From a virus: a stretch of 64,000 nt of DNA. The notes under the pieces are model-generated. The model was not told the DNA's origin, ran no database searches, and saw only the letters and a program-made list of their open reading frames with translations. How positions within the stretch are numbered: the first letter of the stretch is position 1; each line of letters opens with the position of its first letter. The translations under genes were made by a program, and so were the position numbers. Below, one piece after another: positions 49,162-59,656 of the stretch. The stretch lies in the UHGV virus genome UHGV-0125199; one strand, 5' to 3'.

Positions 49162-50106
49162 TTATGCAGTCTTTGCTACTGCTTTTCTTGATGTTCTTTT
49201 TCGTGTTGTCTTAGACTCAATTGCCGGAATATCAATATTCCTTTCGATCACACCGGAAAGGAAATCGAATAATGAATCTTGCCACTTCTCTGATAAATTA
49301 TCATTAAAATATTTACTTCCTTTACAGTTATTCAACAGAACCCTTTCCATGTCTGTCTCTCTTCCAGCATAATAAGAATATAGTTTCCTAAACACTCTTA
49401 ATGTTTTCGCACTAAACGCCTTTCCTTCTCTATAACTTTTCCCACCGTTCCATTGAAGTTTTACAATAAGTTTCAAAATTCTATCTAATAAATCCGGACA
49501 AAATTTAGACATTTTTACACCATCAGAGATAGGAGTTAAAACACCAATAGGATTTTCTACCGGGTTTCTATCTCCTTTAACAGCTACATGGTTTCTATCA
49601 CAGATAGCTTTTAATCTAATGTATTCCTCTTTCTTTGCCACAAGTGCAGCACTATAAGTATCAACTGGCGTCATATTTTTCCTATCGTCTTGTTGAGATA
49701 AGAACAGATCAACTGCTTCCGCTTCTGTGATTCCTATTAGCACTTCAACCTGAATCAATTTCATATTACCAAAATAAGCACCTATAACACGATGCATTCC
49801 GTCAACGACATAGAATTTATTATCTTTGTACATGATTTTTGGTAAATCCCATTTATATGGACTAAATTCGGAACCGATTTTCTTCGCTGTATTAACTGTT
49901 AAATCTCTTTGCCAATCTGGAACATGAATAAGCAACGGATTGATGCTGATAATTGCCTTTTCTCTTCCGTCATGTTTCGATCTTGCCTCTTCCATCTTGT
50001 CAGATACAACCATTCTTTCTCCAGCTTCAATAATGTTATTTAACATTCTTGCCTCATCCATCATTGTTTCCACTTCCATAGGTTCAAGTTTTCCGTTTCT
50101 ACTCAT
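49162..50106 (-). CDS. ParB/sulfiredoxin-like nuclease-domain protein
   Basis: KFYVVDGMHRVIGAYFG matches the ParB/Srx N-terminal domain core (DG-x-HR). Confidence 0.55.
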   Translation of the reverse strand: MSRNGKLEPMEVETMMDEARMLNNIIEAGERMVVSDKMEEARSKHDGREKAIISINPLLIHVPDWQRDLTVNTAKKIGSEFSPYKWDLPKIMYKDNKFYVVDGMHRVIGAYFGNMKLIQVEVLIGITEAEAVDLFLSQQDDRKNMTPVDTYSAALVAKKEEYIRLKAICDRNHVAVKGDRNPVENPIGVLTPISDGVKMSKFCPDLLDRILKLIVKLQWNGGKSYREGKAFSAKTLRVFRKLYSYYAGRETDMERVLLNNCKGSKYFNDNLSEKWQDSLFDFLSGVIERNIDIPAIESKTTRKRTSRKAVAKTA

Positions 50107-50173
50107 TTTTCTAATCTCCTTTAATATGTAAAATTTTCTATAATAAAAGCACCTGTATAATTACAAGTGCTTT

Positions 50174-50434
50174 CTATACGTATACATCTATGTTACATTG
50201 TCTTTCTTCATTTTCGATATGAACATCTATCCATGTTCTACCGCGCCTATATGAACTGCTTCCCAAAATATCCAGTGTTACGAGAGGATTTTCCCGAATC
50301 TGCTCATACTCTTCATTCGTTAGTATATTCTTATCCAAGGCTTCCAATTCATCAAACGTATAATCTGCTAAAGATTTTCCTACTGTTATCATAATCATGG
50401 CTCCTTTCCTTCTGCTTCGTTCCACTTCTTTCAA
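50174..50434 (-). CDS. hypothetical protein
   Basis: ORF track. Confidence 0.35.
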   Translation of the reverse strand: MKEVERSRRKGAMIMITVGKSLADYTFDELEALDKNILTNEEYEQIRENPLVTLDILGSSSYRRGRTWIDVHIENEERQCNIDVYV

Positions 50435-50524
50435 CCGAGATCAGCTCAATCTGGCGTTTTCTCTGTGTAATATTGATTAACTGTATCTGATGTTTGTTAT
50501 AAAAATTTTCCATCATGTCTCTTC

Positions 50525-50899
50525 CTATTCCATTCTTTCCGCTTTCGTATTTGTTGTATATGGCTCTTTGCTGATTATCCAATCACCTACAGATAGATAT
50601 ACTTTTTCATTATCGTTCCAGGTTTCCCAACCTTTTATATCATTTACATTGATATATCCGCTATCCGGTGTAACGTCTGTTTCGATATAATAGCCAGTTC
50701 CGTCCGAAAAGTTTAACTCAAGCCCCTCTGTTCCTATAGTAACGCTTTCGATTTCTTCTGTATCGACATATGTTTCCGGCATTTCTGCGACTGTTCCCTG
50801 AGCTTGTTTCGGTACGGTTTCAACCGTGTTTCTTCCTATTATAAATATGGTAAAAGAAATAATTGCAACAACACCGATATATAATATTTTCCGCTTCAT
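50525..50899 (-). CDS. secreted or membrane-anchored protein (N-terminal signal/TM)
   Basis: MKRKILYIGVVAIISFTIFIIG hydrophobic N-terminus. Confidence 0.45.
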   Translation of the reverse strand: MKRKILYIGVVAIISFTIFIIGRNTVETVPKQAQGTVAEMPETYVDTEEIESVTIGTEGLELNFSDGTGYYIETDVTPDSGYINVNDIKGWETWNDNEKVYLSVGDWIISKEPYTTNTKAERME

Positions 50900-51101
50900 A
50901 ATTCAAACCTCTTTCTATAAATCCCTTACGTTTCCGACTATTTCCCAATCTGTTAAAGCATAAGTTGTATTTAGCTTTTCCAGTGGTAAACGTTCAATAT
51001 TTCCATTTCCTGTATTGTATATGTATCTGTGCATCTTTGTATCAACGATCGATTCAGTGATAACACGTTTTAAAAACTGTTTTGTCATGGTTTATTTCTC
51101 C

Positions 51102-51467
51102 TTATTTGCACAAGATCAATCCACTTTTTAACATATCCGAAAACCATTCATGGAAGTCGTGATACTCTGTCTTGTCAATAATATCCCGATAAATTTCTTT
51201 TAGCTGATTTTTTGAAAATGTTTTATCCATAGCGTCTGGGAGTGATTCTCGATTATCTTCTGAAAAGTAATATCTGTTTTCAGCTTCTTCATAATTTTCA
51301 ACAAATTCTTTCAGTTCCTCCAGCGTGTCAAAACGTTTATAAAAATCTGTTTCAATCCATTTACCATTTTTATTGATATATTTTGTAGCTGTCCATTTGT
51401 GTTTACAACAGTCACAATATACAGCAGAAAATGCAATGTTTTCATTTAATGTTTTAAAAGTATACAT
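51102..51467 (-). CDS. hypothetical protein
   Basis: ORF track. Confidence 0.45.
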   Translation of the reverse strand: MYTFKTLNENIAFSAVYCDCCKHKWTATKYINKNGKWIETDFYKRFDTLEELKEFVENYEEAENRYYFSEDNRESLPDAMDKTFSKNQLKEIYRDIIDKTEYHDFHEWFSDMLKSGLILCK

Positions 51468-52595
51468 TTTTACTACCTCTCTTTCTTAATATCCAAAAAC
51501 TACCCAGTAACCAACCATGCTGACTGTTAATACAATCGGCATTAACAGAGTCGTGATCTCGTTAATTCTGTTTTTCAGATTTCTTTTCTTTCTTCTCATT
51601 TTGATTACCTCTCATTCTTATCTGATTGTTTATTCTCTCTTTTATTCTCAGCTACGCAAGCCATCTGCGGAAACATTAGAAGTAAAGTCGTTTCTACTAC
51701 TCACTGCCACGGGTCTTATGCTTTTGCCCGAAACGTATCTTTCTTTGCTTGTTTTCTATGCCTTGCATAGTCAAAATAAAATAAAAACAGATTCACAAGT
51801 GATTCACAGCCTCGTTATCTAAACCTTGCTTTTCAGATTCTAAAATCCTATCTGTGATTGACTCCGCTTTTCTGCTAGTTGTTTCTGTCGTGGTATCCTC
51901 TACACGTCTGAATTATTGTTATCCTGTATTCTTCAGCCTTTTTCAGCCTTACATAAAGCCACTTCGATTCTTTATGCGGATAGTTTTATTATACGGTGTC
52001 TACCTTTTCACCCGTCCGTTGTACTCATATTTCTGGCAACGTCAACGCTCATTCTTTTTTTATATCCTTTACGAGTCGGATATATTTTTTTGTTATTCCG
52101 TATTATTATTTAAAGGACTTGCCGACTTGACAAGTCCTGATTTACAAGTTACAATAATTTATGAGTTGTCGTGTATATATTCTTTTGCTTCTTGTTCCGT
52201 TGGACACTTTACAAGTTGCATATGGTCTGAATTGTACACGACTGTTTCATTGTCGTATGTTATATAGTACATACGTTTTCACCTCCCTTCTGTTGGAAGT
52301 GAAAGTTATACGTGCTTATTTCTTTTTAGTTCCACCGCATTGCACAATTTAAAAATGTGTTGTATAACATTTTTTAGCGGTTTTTATGTGTCTACTCTGT
52401 TTTTTTCGCCTATCATCTTATCTCATGTCCTTTACATCCAATTAACAAGCTAGATGCTATATGCTCAAGTTTATACAGATACGGCTTGTTATTGTAATGC
52501 TATCCCGAATTATCGTCAGCGATACTTAACTTTTCGATTTTTCAATGTACAAAATTTTTAAAAGGAATTTTTCACAAGAACTTGTGAAACACGAC

Positions 52596-52624
52596 TTGAA
52601 AAGCGAATACTAAAATGTTAGAAT
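52596..52624 (+). promoter_or_regulatory. near-consensus promoter TTGAAA-17-TAGAAT embedded in an inverted repeat
   Basis: -35 at 52596-52601, -10 at 52619-52624. Flanked by cttgaaaag / cttttcaag arms. Confidence 0.35.
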
Positions 52625-52631
52625 ATATATA

Positions 52632-52706
52632 ATCACTTTTCAAGAAGTGTTTGGAAAGAGCAGTCATTGTTTGGTTGGTAGCCTTGCGACTGCTCTTTTG
52701 TTTTCC
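52632..52706 (+). ncRNA. candidate ~75-nt sRNA (promoter to intrinsic terminator), convergent with the HTH gene
   Basis: Terminator stem aaagagcagtc...gactgctcttt (52655-52698) followed by a T-tract. Confidence 0.3.
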
Positions 52707-52765
52707 TTTTGTGATTATATAATATCATATGTTTTTATGTTTGTCAATCATTTTTGATTATTTTT

Positions 52766-52987
52766 TTAATCTTTTTCGATTATTATTTTTGCTTTATATC
52801 CTAATGGGTTTATAATCTCATTTGTTTCATCGAGTGATAAATTCTTTTTATTTATTTTACGATTCAAATTTTGATTTACAATTCCCATTTTTTCAGCAAG
52901 TACTATTTTTTTTATGCCCGACTCTTTTATAATGTTATTGATCGTACTTGATAATTCAGCGTTGTTATTTATGTCCACTCTGATCAC
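52766..52987 (-). CDS. small HTH DNA-binding protein (repressor-like)
   Basis: KKIVLAEKMGIVNQNLNRKIN is a helix-turn-helix. Confidence 0.5.
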   Translation of the reverse strand: MIRVDINNNAELSSTINNIIKESGIKKIVLAEKMGIVNQNLNRKINKKNLSLDETNEIINPLGYKAKIIIEKD

Positions 52988-53198
52988 CTCCTATTATAAT
53001 AAGGAAAGTATACCATAAAAACAGAAGTTAGTCTAACATTTCACTATTCACTTTTCAAGGTGCATTCCTTTTGTAATTGGGTATCGCTTAGCCAGAATTG
53101 ACTTTGCTTTTCAGATATGCTACACTTTAGTTGTTTAATTATTATGTATCGTGCAGTAAATCTGTACACCCTATAACAAAAACTTAGTAACCCGTGTA

Positions 53199-53248
53199 GA
53201 CTTATTGACTCTGCTTTACGGTGTGCATCATGGACTTATTGACTCTGC
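53199..53248. repeat. two direct copies of gacttattgactctgc, 34 bp apart, in the divergent regulatory region
   Basis: Copies at 53199-53214 and 53233-53248; each contains TTGACT. Confidence 0.5.
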
Positions 53249-53398
53249 CGTGATTGCGTTGCTTTGTTTTGATGTACTTATGGTATCATAGGTTCAACCT
53301 ATAGTCAATAGGTTTTACCTATTTTGCCACTTTTACTAAATAATGAGTGTTTTTTGTTTATTGTTGTTGTGTATTTTAAATAAGAAAGTGGTGATATT

Positions 53399-53590
53399 TT
53401 GGCATATAATGCAAAAGCAGATGAGAACTATAGAAAAAAATGTAAAACAATCGGGCTCAAATTTACTTTGAATGAATTAGCTTTTTATGAAAATATTGTT
53501 AAACATTGCGAAAGCAACAACTTATCTTTACAAGGATATATAAAAGACCTGGTGCGAAAAGATCTTAATAATGATAAGGGTATAAAATGA
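53399..53590 (+). CDS. small ribbon-helix-helix/MobC-like DNA-binding protein
   Basis: KTIGLKFTLNELAFYENIVKH...LQGYIKDLVRKDL resembles a MobC/RHH layout. Weak. Confidence 0.4.
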   Translation: MAYNAKADENYRKKCKTIGLKFTLNELAFYENIVKHCESNNLSLQGYIKDLVRKDLNNDKGIK

Positions 53591-53853
53591 AAAATAAACA
53601 CAAGAAAAATAATAATAACCCTATAGATATACCTGTACAATCTGGCATCCATGATATTTATAAAAGTGGGTTGAGTCGTAATATAGGGACTGCTGTACAC
53701 GTTGGATATTTACACTCGAATGACGACAGGCGGCACAAGTCACGTTGTATTTATTATGATAAATCAGATAAATTATGTCATTGCGGGAAAAGTGGCTGCT
53801 ATATGATGCGATGCTGTGGCAGCTCTCATTGCACAGGTTATCGAGAGTATTAG
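53587..53853 (+). CDS. Cys/His-rich small protein
   Basis: Overlapping start (ATGA); CHCGKSGCYMMRCCGSSHC. Confidence 0.35.
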   Translation: MKNKHKKNNNNPIDIPVQSGIHDIYKSGLSRNIGTAVHVGYLHSNDDRRHKSRCIYYDKSDKLCHCGKSGCYMMRCCGSSHCTGYREY

Positions 53854-55026
53854 CTGTATATAATAAGTAGTAATGCGTTTTATGAGTGCGTAACTATAGA
53901 TTACGTGTAGTGACATGTATTGTAGGTAATATGTGTGTATGGTAGTTTTTTGATAAGTAGATATGATTGTGTTTAGTGTGATATGATGTGATTTATTGCA
54001 TGATTTATGCATGGCTGCCAGGGCATATTTTAATAAATTAGGAATCATTACTGTTATTAGTGTGGTATTGTTTTTTTGTGATGTATATTTATGTATATTG
54101 TTGATAAGTTTACACGTAGTATTAAAAACTACGTGTAGTTATATGTAATACTATATCATATAGTCGTACGAGCTATATCATGTAATTTGAACATTGTTGT
54201 TGTTAGTAATAATTACTATTTTTTATTATTAAAATTTTTCACTAAAATTCCGAACTCTATAGAATCTCTTAGAAGTCCATAGATTTTACCGCTAAAATCC
54301 CGCCCGCAAAAGAGCTGTCGTTGCTACGCAAAAAAACGTCTTTTCAAAACTTATATTGTCCATAAAATCCCTATATACCGCCCCCTGTTTTCAGATCTTT
54401 ACAATCAAAACTTTTGCACTTTTCATCAATGTGTAAAAGTCCATAAAATAGCATAATAGTGTAGTATTACACCAGTCCATAATAGGGGCGGTATTAAACA
54501 TTTTTAGCGTCTGTTGTACATCAAATATAGCAGGTATGGGTTCTATCCACACCTCACTACCAAAATTTCGACCTCCGATTTCAACACCAAAATTTTCATC
54601 TTCCACTTCAAAAATCCCCAAAATTACCCAAAAATACTTCGGGAACTCTCTCGACCAACAAAGCATAAACACTGCGTTTCTACCATTCTAAACAGTCCAA
54701 AAATAACCAAAATCCACCACAATATCCATTCAAACCCCAAGCAAACTCTTACCGTTACTGCATTTTCCCGAACTCAACTTATATTCCAAAAAATTACATA
54801 TAAAACACACTATCAAAATCCATAAAACCACGCCACCTTATCCCTCAGTGTGCCCACATAAATACTGGCATCTCCCGGTATAAAAACATCACACAAAATT
54901 ACCTCTCTACCGAAGTACCATATTTTCAAATTTATTAACGCAAAAAAATAAGCAGCCAATTCCTAAGATAAGTCCTTAAGAACCAACTGCTATTATTTAT
55001 AATCACCCTATAATCATAAAATACCT

Positions 55027-55455
55027 TCAATAATATTTATTAAATATATCCCCATCTATATCACTAATATCATGAACCGGTACCTCAGTTCCATTTTCAA
55101 ATATTACAACATTTCTGTATTCGTGTACCTTCTTCACTCTCCCACTCATTGTAATATACTTTCCACCATCTTTCTTTAAATCTTTTTCAAAATATGTGAT
55201 TCTGACATCCGGATCAACATCACCGTCATCTAAACATTTTCTTAAAATACTCAATCTCTCATTCAGCCTATCCAAAACATCCTCATCAAATTCAATCCTT
55301 TTATCTGTTAATCTTGCAGTCTCTTTAATTTCTGCATCATAACCTGTCAATGCAGCAAATGGAGAAAATTGAGCAGCTCTATCTCGCATACTCATTTGAG
55401 GATATTTTTTAGAGACAAAATGTGGCAGATCAATAATATCATCGTATTTACCCAT
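55027..55455 (-). CDS. YolD-like protein (accessory partner of Y-family polymerase)
   Basis: 142 aa immediately downstream of the umuC-like gene, matching the SPbeta yolD-uvrX arrangement. Sequence fits the YolD family's general character. Confidence 0.55.
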   Translation of the reverse strand: MGKYDDIIDLPHFVSKKYPQMSMRDRAAQFSPFAALTGYDAEIKETARLTDKRIEFDEDVLDRLNERLSILRKCLDDGDVDPDVRITYFEKDLKKDGGKYITMSGRVKKVHEYRNVVIFENGTEVPVHDISDIDGDIFNKYY

Positions 55456-55464
55456 AACACACCC

Positions 55465-56988
55465 CTATGCTTTATGTCCACCAATTTGATTATTCCTATC
55501 TATTGCAGTAGCTCCTTCTTGTAGACTCATGCCTTTTAAAATTGCATTTTTCCCAAATTTTTTCTTGATATCCAAGACAGCTTTCTGAATATCTTTTTCT
55601 TTTTTAAGTTGTTCCTGGTCTACTGCATTTTCCTTTTCAGCAATCATATCAAATAAATTAAGCTGTTCATATCTATCCTTTTTCGCTTCCTTTTCGCTGA
55701 TCACATGATTTGCAGACATATTGATTCTTCTGACAAGTAAATTTTCGTCTACAATTCTACTGAATAAATCAAGCACAGCTCTTACAATCACGCTAGTAGA
55801 AGACGTATAACTATCTAAATTTACTGTTCCATGAGCATGTTTTGGAATCTTTCTCCCATATTGATCAAAAGAGAACTCACCTTTATACTTACTCATTCTG
55901 GAAGAATCTAATAGATTTTCTCTATCGTAGCCAATCGTTAATACAATCTGATCCGTTACAAGATTCTTACTAACCAAATCTAAGACCAGCATCTCAGTCA
56001 TTTCACGTACAATAATTTTCGTTTTATCAAAATCAGTTCCACAGTGTAAAACCTGTCCGCTTCCAATACTATTGCTCTCCGGCTTATATGCTTTTATATC
56101 TGAAATTGTAACCGGTTCATAACCCCATGCATGGTCAATCAAAAGCTCTGTATTTTTACCAAACATTCTACGCAGCAAGTCTTCATTATAATAATCTGAC
56201 TCTTTTCCAAGAGAACATCTTGCGATATCGCCCATTGTATATAGTCCTACAGATTCTAATTTTTTAATATACCCTCTACCTACTCGCCAAAAATCAGTCA
56301 ATGGTTTATGTTCCCATAGCTTCTCTCGATATGACTTTTCATCCAATTCTGCAATTCTCACACCATTTTCATCTGCAGGTATATGTTTGGCAACAATATC
56401 CATTGCTATTTTACAAAGATACAAATTAGTTCCTATTCCTGCGGTTGCAGTAATTCCAGTTGTATTCAAGACATCCAATATCATCTTCTGTGCAAGTTCT
56501 TTTGCGGATAATCCATACGTATTCAAATAAGAAGTCACATCCATAAATACTTCATCAATAGAATATACATGGATATCTTCAGGAGCAACATATTTCAAAT
56601 AGATATTATAAATCCTTGTGCTATATTTCATATAAAAAGCCATACGTGGTGGAGCCACAATATAATCAACTTTTAAATCCGGATTTGTATCAAGAATTTT
56701 TTTACTATATGACTGTCCGGGAAACTCATTCTTTTTCAATCGATATAATCTTGTTGCATTAATTTCTTGCACCCGCTGCACAACCTCAAATAATCTTGGT
56801 CTTCCAGATATACCATATGATTTCAAAGACGGCGTTACTGCAAGACAAATTGTTTTCTCTGTACGACTGTTGTCTGCAACAACTAAATTCGTATCCATTG
56901 GATCCAAGCCACGTTCTATACACTCTACTGATGCGTAAAAACTTTTTAGATCAATCGCAATATATGACTTATTATTCATGCAGCACAC
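55465..56988 (-). CDS. Y-family translesion DNA polymerase (UmuC/ImpB/UvrX-like)
   Basis: N-terminal IAIDLKSFYASVE is the Y-family palm catalytic motif. Another characteristic block is SIDEVFMDV. 507 aa. Confidence 0.85.
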   Translation of the reverse strand: MCCMNNKSYIAIDLKSFYASVECIERGLDPMDTNLVVADNSRTEKTICLAVTPSLKSYGISGRPRLFEVVQRVQEINATRLYRLKKNEFPGQSYSKKILDTNPDLKVDYIVAPPRMAFYMKYSTRIYNIYLKYVAPEDIHVYSIDEVFMDVTSYLNTYGLSAKELAQKMILDVLNTTGITATAGIGTNLYLCKIAMDIVAKHIPADENGVRIAELDEKSYREKLWEHKPLTDFWRVGRGYIKKLESVGLYTMGDIARCSLGKESDYYNEDLLRRMFGKNTELLIDHAWGYEPVTISDIKAYKPESNSIGSGQVLHCGTDFDKTKIIVREMTEMLVLDLVSKNLVTDQIVLTIGYDRENLLDSSRMSKYKGEFSFDQYGRKIPKHAHGTVNLDSYTSSTSVIVRAVLDLFSRIVDENLLVRRINMSANHVISEKEAKKDRYEQLNLFDMIAEKENAVDQEQLKKEKDIQKAVLDIKKKFGKNAILKGMSLQEGATAIDRNNQIGGHKA

Positions 56989-57085
56989 CTCCTACTATAT
57001 GTATCATAACAAAAAATTTAAAATTTATCCATATAAAATCGAAAGTATGTTTGCTTTGTTATGTGTCTGTATCAAATAAAACAAA

Positions 57086-57130
57086 AAGAGCAGATTAGAA
57101 TTCTAATGAACTCTTCTGCTCTTTCTGTTT
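57086..57130. terminator. bidirectional intrinsic terminator
   Basis: 9-bp stem aagagcaga/tctgctctt with T-tracts on both strands. Confidence 0.5.
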
Positions 57131-57305
57131 TTAGCAACTATAAAATAAATTATAATTACTATTTATTACTACTCTAAAACACCTACAATTTACAATTATA
57201 ATACTATACTTTCATATTTTTATCAAGATATTTTTACATATTTCGACAAAATCCCCTTTTTTTCTAAAAACACATCAAATTAATTAGATTGTACTACCGC
57301 TATAT

Positions 57306-57803
57306 TTAAAACTCAATTCTACAATGCAACATTATCTTTAATGGTTTATACATTTTTGAATGAAAAATTTGCGGATCAGGAAGATCAAATTCTTGATCCA
57401 CTCCTAAATCTGTTTCTCTAAGTACAGTCCCTACAACCTTCATTGACATTCCATTTTCTTCAGCTAATTTATTTATATGATGAACATAGCCATCATAATA
57501 TCCGATTCCTTCAAATTTAAATTGTACTTTTGTTTCTATCATTCTGTTTTCAGAAAATGACAAATCCTCTACAATAGGACGAGAAAATTTATTTAAATAA
57601 CATTCCTCATAGAAAGAAATAATCCTTTTGCCATCTTCTGTAATATACTTACCCTCTTTTGCCTTTTCTTTTATATCGCTTTTAACTTCCATGAAATCAT
57701 ATTCAGCAAACTTCATACCATATTGATAATCATCTTGATACTTTTCTGTAGCAGCTTCCTCCGGTGTTTTTGATATTTCATTTAATTCATCCAAAAAACT
57801 CAT
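57306..57803 (-). CDS. hypothetical protein
   Basis: ORF track; last minus-strand gene before the strand switch. Confidence 0.5.
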   Translation of the reverse strand: MSFLDELNEISKTPEEAATEKYQDDYQYGMKFAEYDFMEVKSDIKEKAKEGKYITEDGKRIISFYEECYLNKFSRPIVEDLSFSENRMIETKVQFKFEGIGYYDGYVHHINKLAEENGMSMKVVGTVLRETDLGVDQEFDLPDPQIFHSKMYKPLKIMLHCRIEF

Positions 57804-58360
57804 AGTACTACTCTCCTATTCCTTTTGATATTTACATAGTAGCACAATACTATGAATTTTTATAGAAATTTTTAAATCGTTAAGAGAATTAAAGTATGAA
57901 ACAAAGAAACCGTTCAAATATTTTTAATAATAAAGGGAGAAATGATATGAGCAAATTGTAAATAATGATTTAAGAAAATAAGGATTTAATGAAGAAGCAT
58001 AAAAGAAATTATAAAAAATTTTTCTATTTCAATTTAAATTGTATCTTTGCGTCAGCAAAGACTTTGCGAAGCAAAGTGAAACGGAGACACGAAGAAAGGG
58101 TCGCCTGCGGCTCTTTCTGAAGTGGATCCAACATTACCTAGATCTCTCTATATATAAGGAATTACGAATTTATATCAAAAAAATTATTTATAAAGAGAGA
58201 ATTATTAACTGGGGGAAGGAAGACCAAATTCATAAGTCTTACTACGCACCTTGTTCGCCAAGGCTCACAATCTGCTAGTGCGACTAAATGAATTATGCTC
58301 TTTTTTGCACTTCCCCCAGACCCCCTTCGCGCACTATAAAATGGATAAAAAATTCAATTA

Positions 58361-58490
58361 AAATCTCTCTAAACCCTTATAAACACTGGGTTTTTGTCGA
58401 AAAACATCCTTTAAAGTCTCCCTATATTATATATATATTAGGGAGAAATGAAAGGATGCGAAATCTCTCTAAACCCTTATAAACACTGGG
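58361..58490. repeat. two identical 30-bp direct repeats (aaatctctctaaacccttataaacactggg) exactly 100 bp apart, flanking an AT-rich hairpin (58418-58445); iteron/origin-like
   Basis: Copies at 58361-58390 and 58461-58490. Hairpin ctcccta-N14-tagggag between them. Confidence 0.6.
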
Positions 58491-58548
58491 AAAATTGGCA
58501 TTTTAGGTGTGCAAAAAACGATAAAAAACTAATTTAAGGAGAAAACAC

Positions 58549-59652
58549 GTGAACAAATTAAATATCAAAAAAGGGAAAATTACAGAAAAAAAATTAGTAG
58601 AGCTATATGGGAGTGATGCGCAGAAAAAATCATATAAAGAAAATGGACGTTTTATAAGTAACTATAAAAAGACTTTACTTACAAAAATGTCTCGATATTG
58701 TAACATTGAAGATTTAGGTGGCAGAACATATAGAATCAAAAAAGTATATGACTATCCTCTTCCATCAAATTTCAATAAGATGACAAAATCATTATATCAA
58801 TATATTGTTCCTCTTCTACTTACTAACTTAATTAATGGTCACGACGAAAATAACAAAATAGATATAACAGTTGGAAAATGGGCGAGAGAAATTAATATGG
58901 TAAATAAAAATTATAATCTTGTTAAATACAACAGAGAAGATACGAGTAAAGAAACGCAGTGTTCTTTAGATACTATAAATGAATTTTATGACAAAGCTGA
59001 TGACATGATTGAATGGTACATAACAAATGCACTTGATTATTTAAAATCTGCAGGATTAGTTATCTGGAGAGAGGTTTATAGAGTAAACGAAGAAATATCA
59101 AGCGGCAAAAATATTATTGATGAAAACGGGAATATACACGTTGATATTTCTATTGATAGTCATCAAGCATCTGAAGATGAAATGAACTACTACTCTCATT
59201 GTGTTTCAATTGCTGATAAAGCAGCAAAAATAGAAAATGCTGGAGAACGATATTATAGTAAAAAATCAAAATTATTTGGAGAAGTATTAAAGAAAGAACT
59301 ATATAAAAAGAAAATCAAATGTGTTTTCAAAACATATGAAGCATATTATGTAGATCTTGACAAATGCAATTTTATATTAAAACAGTTTGGTAAATTCAAA
59401 ATGAATAATTTAATAAGTGAATTCAATAAAGAGTTTACAGATTTATTGGTTGGAAATGCGGAAAAAAGGTTTGATAAAAATCCGGATAAATATTTTTCTT
59501 ATGCAGAAAAGGATGATTACAGCTTATGTTTTCAAAATTTATGCGAAATAACAATTGATAAAAATACAGAATATCTTGGAAACAGAATAAGAGAAAAAAC
59601 AATTAATGATGATTATACTCTAAAAATCACATCATCAAGGAAAGGAAAATAG
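58549..59652 (+). CDS. hypothetical protein (candidate replication initiator by position downstream of iterons; GTG start)
   Basis: RBS AAGGAGA; 367 aa; no recognisable catalytic motif. Confidence 0.5.
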   Translation: MNKLNIKKGKITEKKLVELYGSDAQKKSYKENGRFISNYKKTLLTKMSRYCNIEDLGGRTYRIKKVYDYPLPSNFNKMTKSLYQYIVPLLLTNLINGHDENNKIDITVGKWAREINMVNKNYNLVKYNREDTSKETQCSLDTINEFYDKADDMIEWYITNALDYLKSAGLVIWREVYRVNEEISSGKNIIDENGNIHVDISIDSHQASEDEMNYYSHCVSIADKAAKIENAGERYYSKKSKLFGEVLKKELYKKKIKCVFKTYEAYYVDLDKCNFILKQFGKFKMNNLISEFNKEFTDLLVGNAEKRFDKNPDKYFSYAEKDDYSLCFQNLCEITIDKNTEYLGNRIREKTINDDYTLKITSSRKGK

Positions 59653-59656
59653 ACAT

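Noticed and set aside
54391-54825. ORFs 54391..54672 (-) and 54514..54825 (+)
   Set aside because: They lie in the G-free low-complexity C/A repeat region. The translations are low-complexity and mutually antisense.
58039-58482. Plus-strand ORFs 58039..58278 and 58288..58482 in the divergent intergenic region
   Set aside because: They overlap the iteron repeats and GC-rich hairpins, and no RBS is present. The region is better explained as origin/regulatory DNA.
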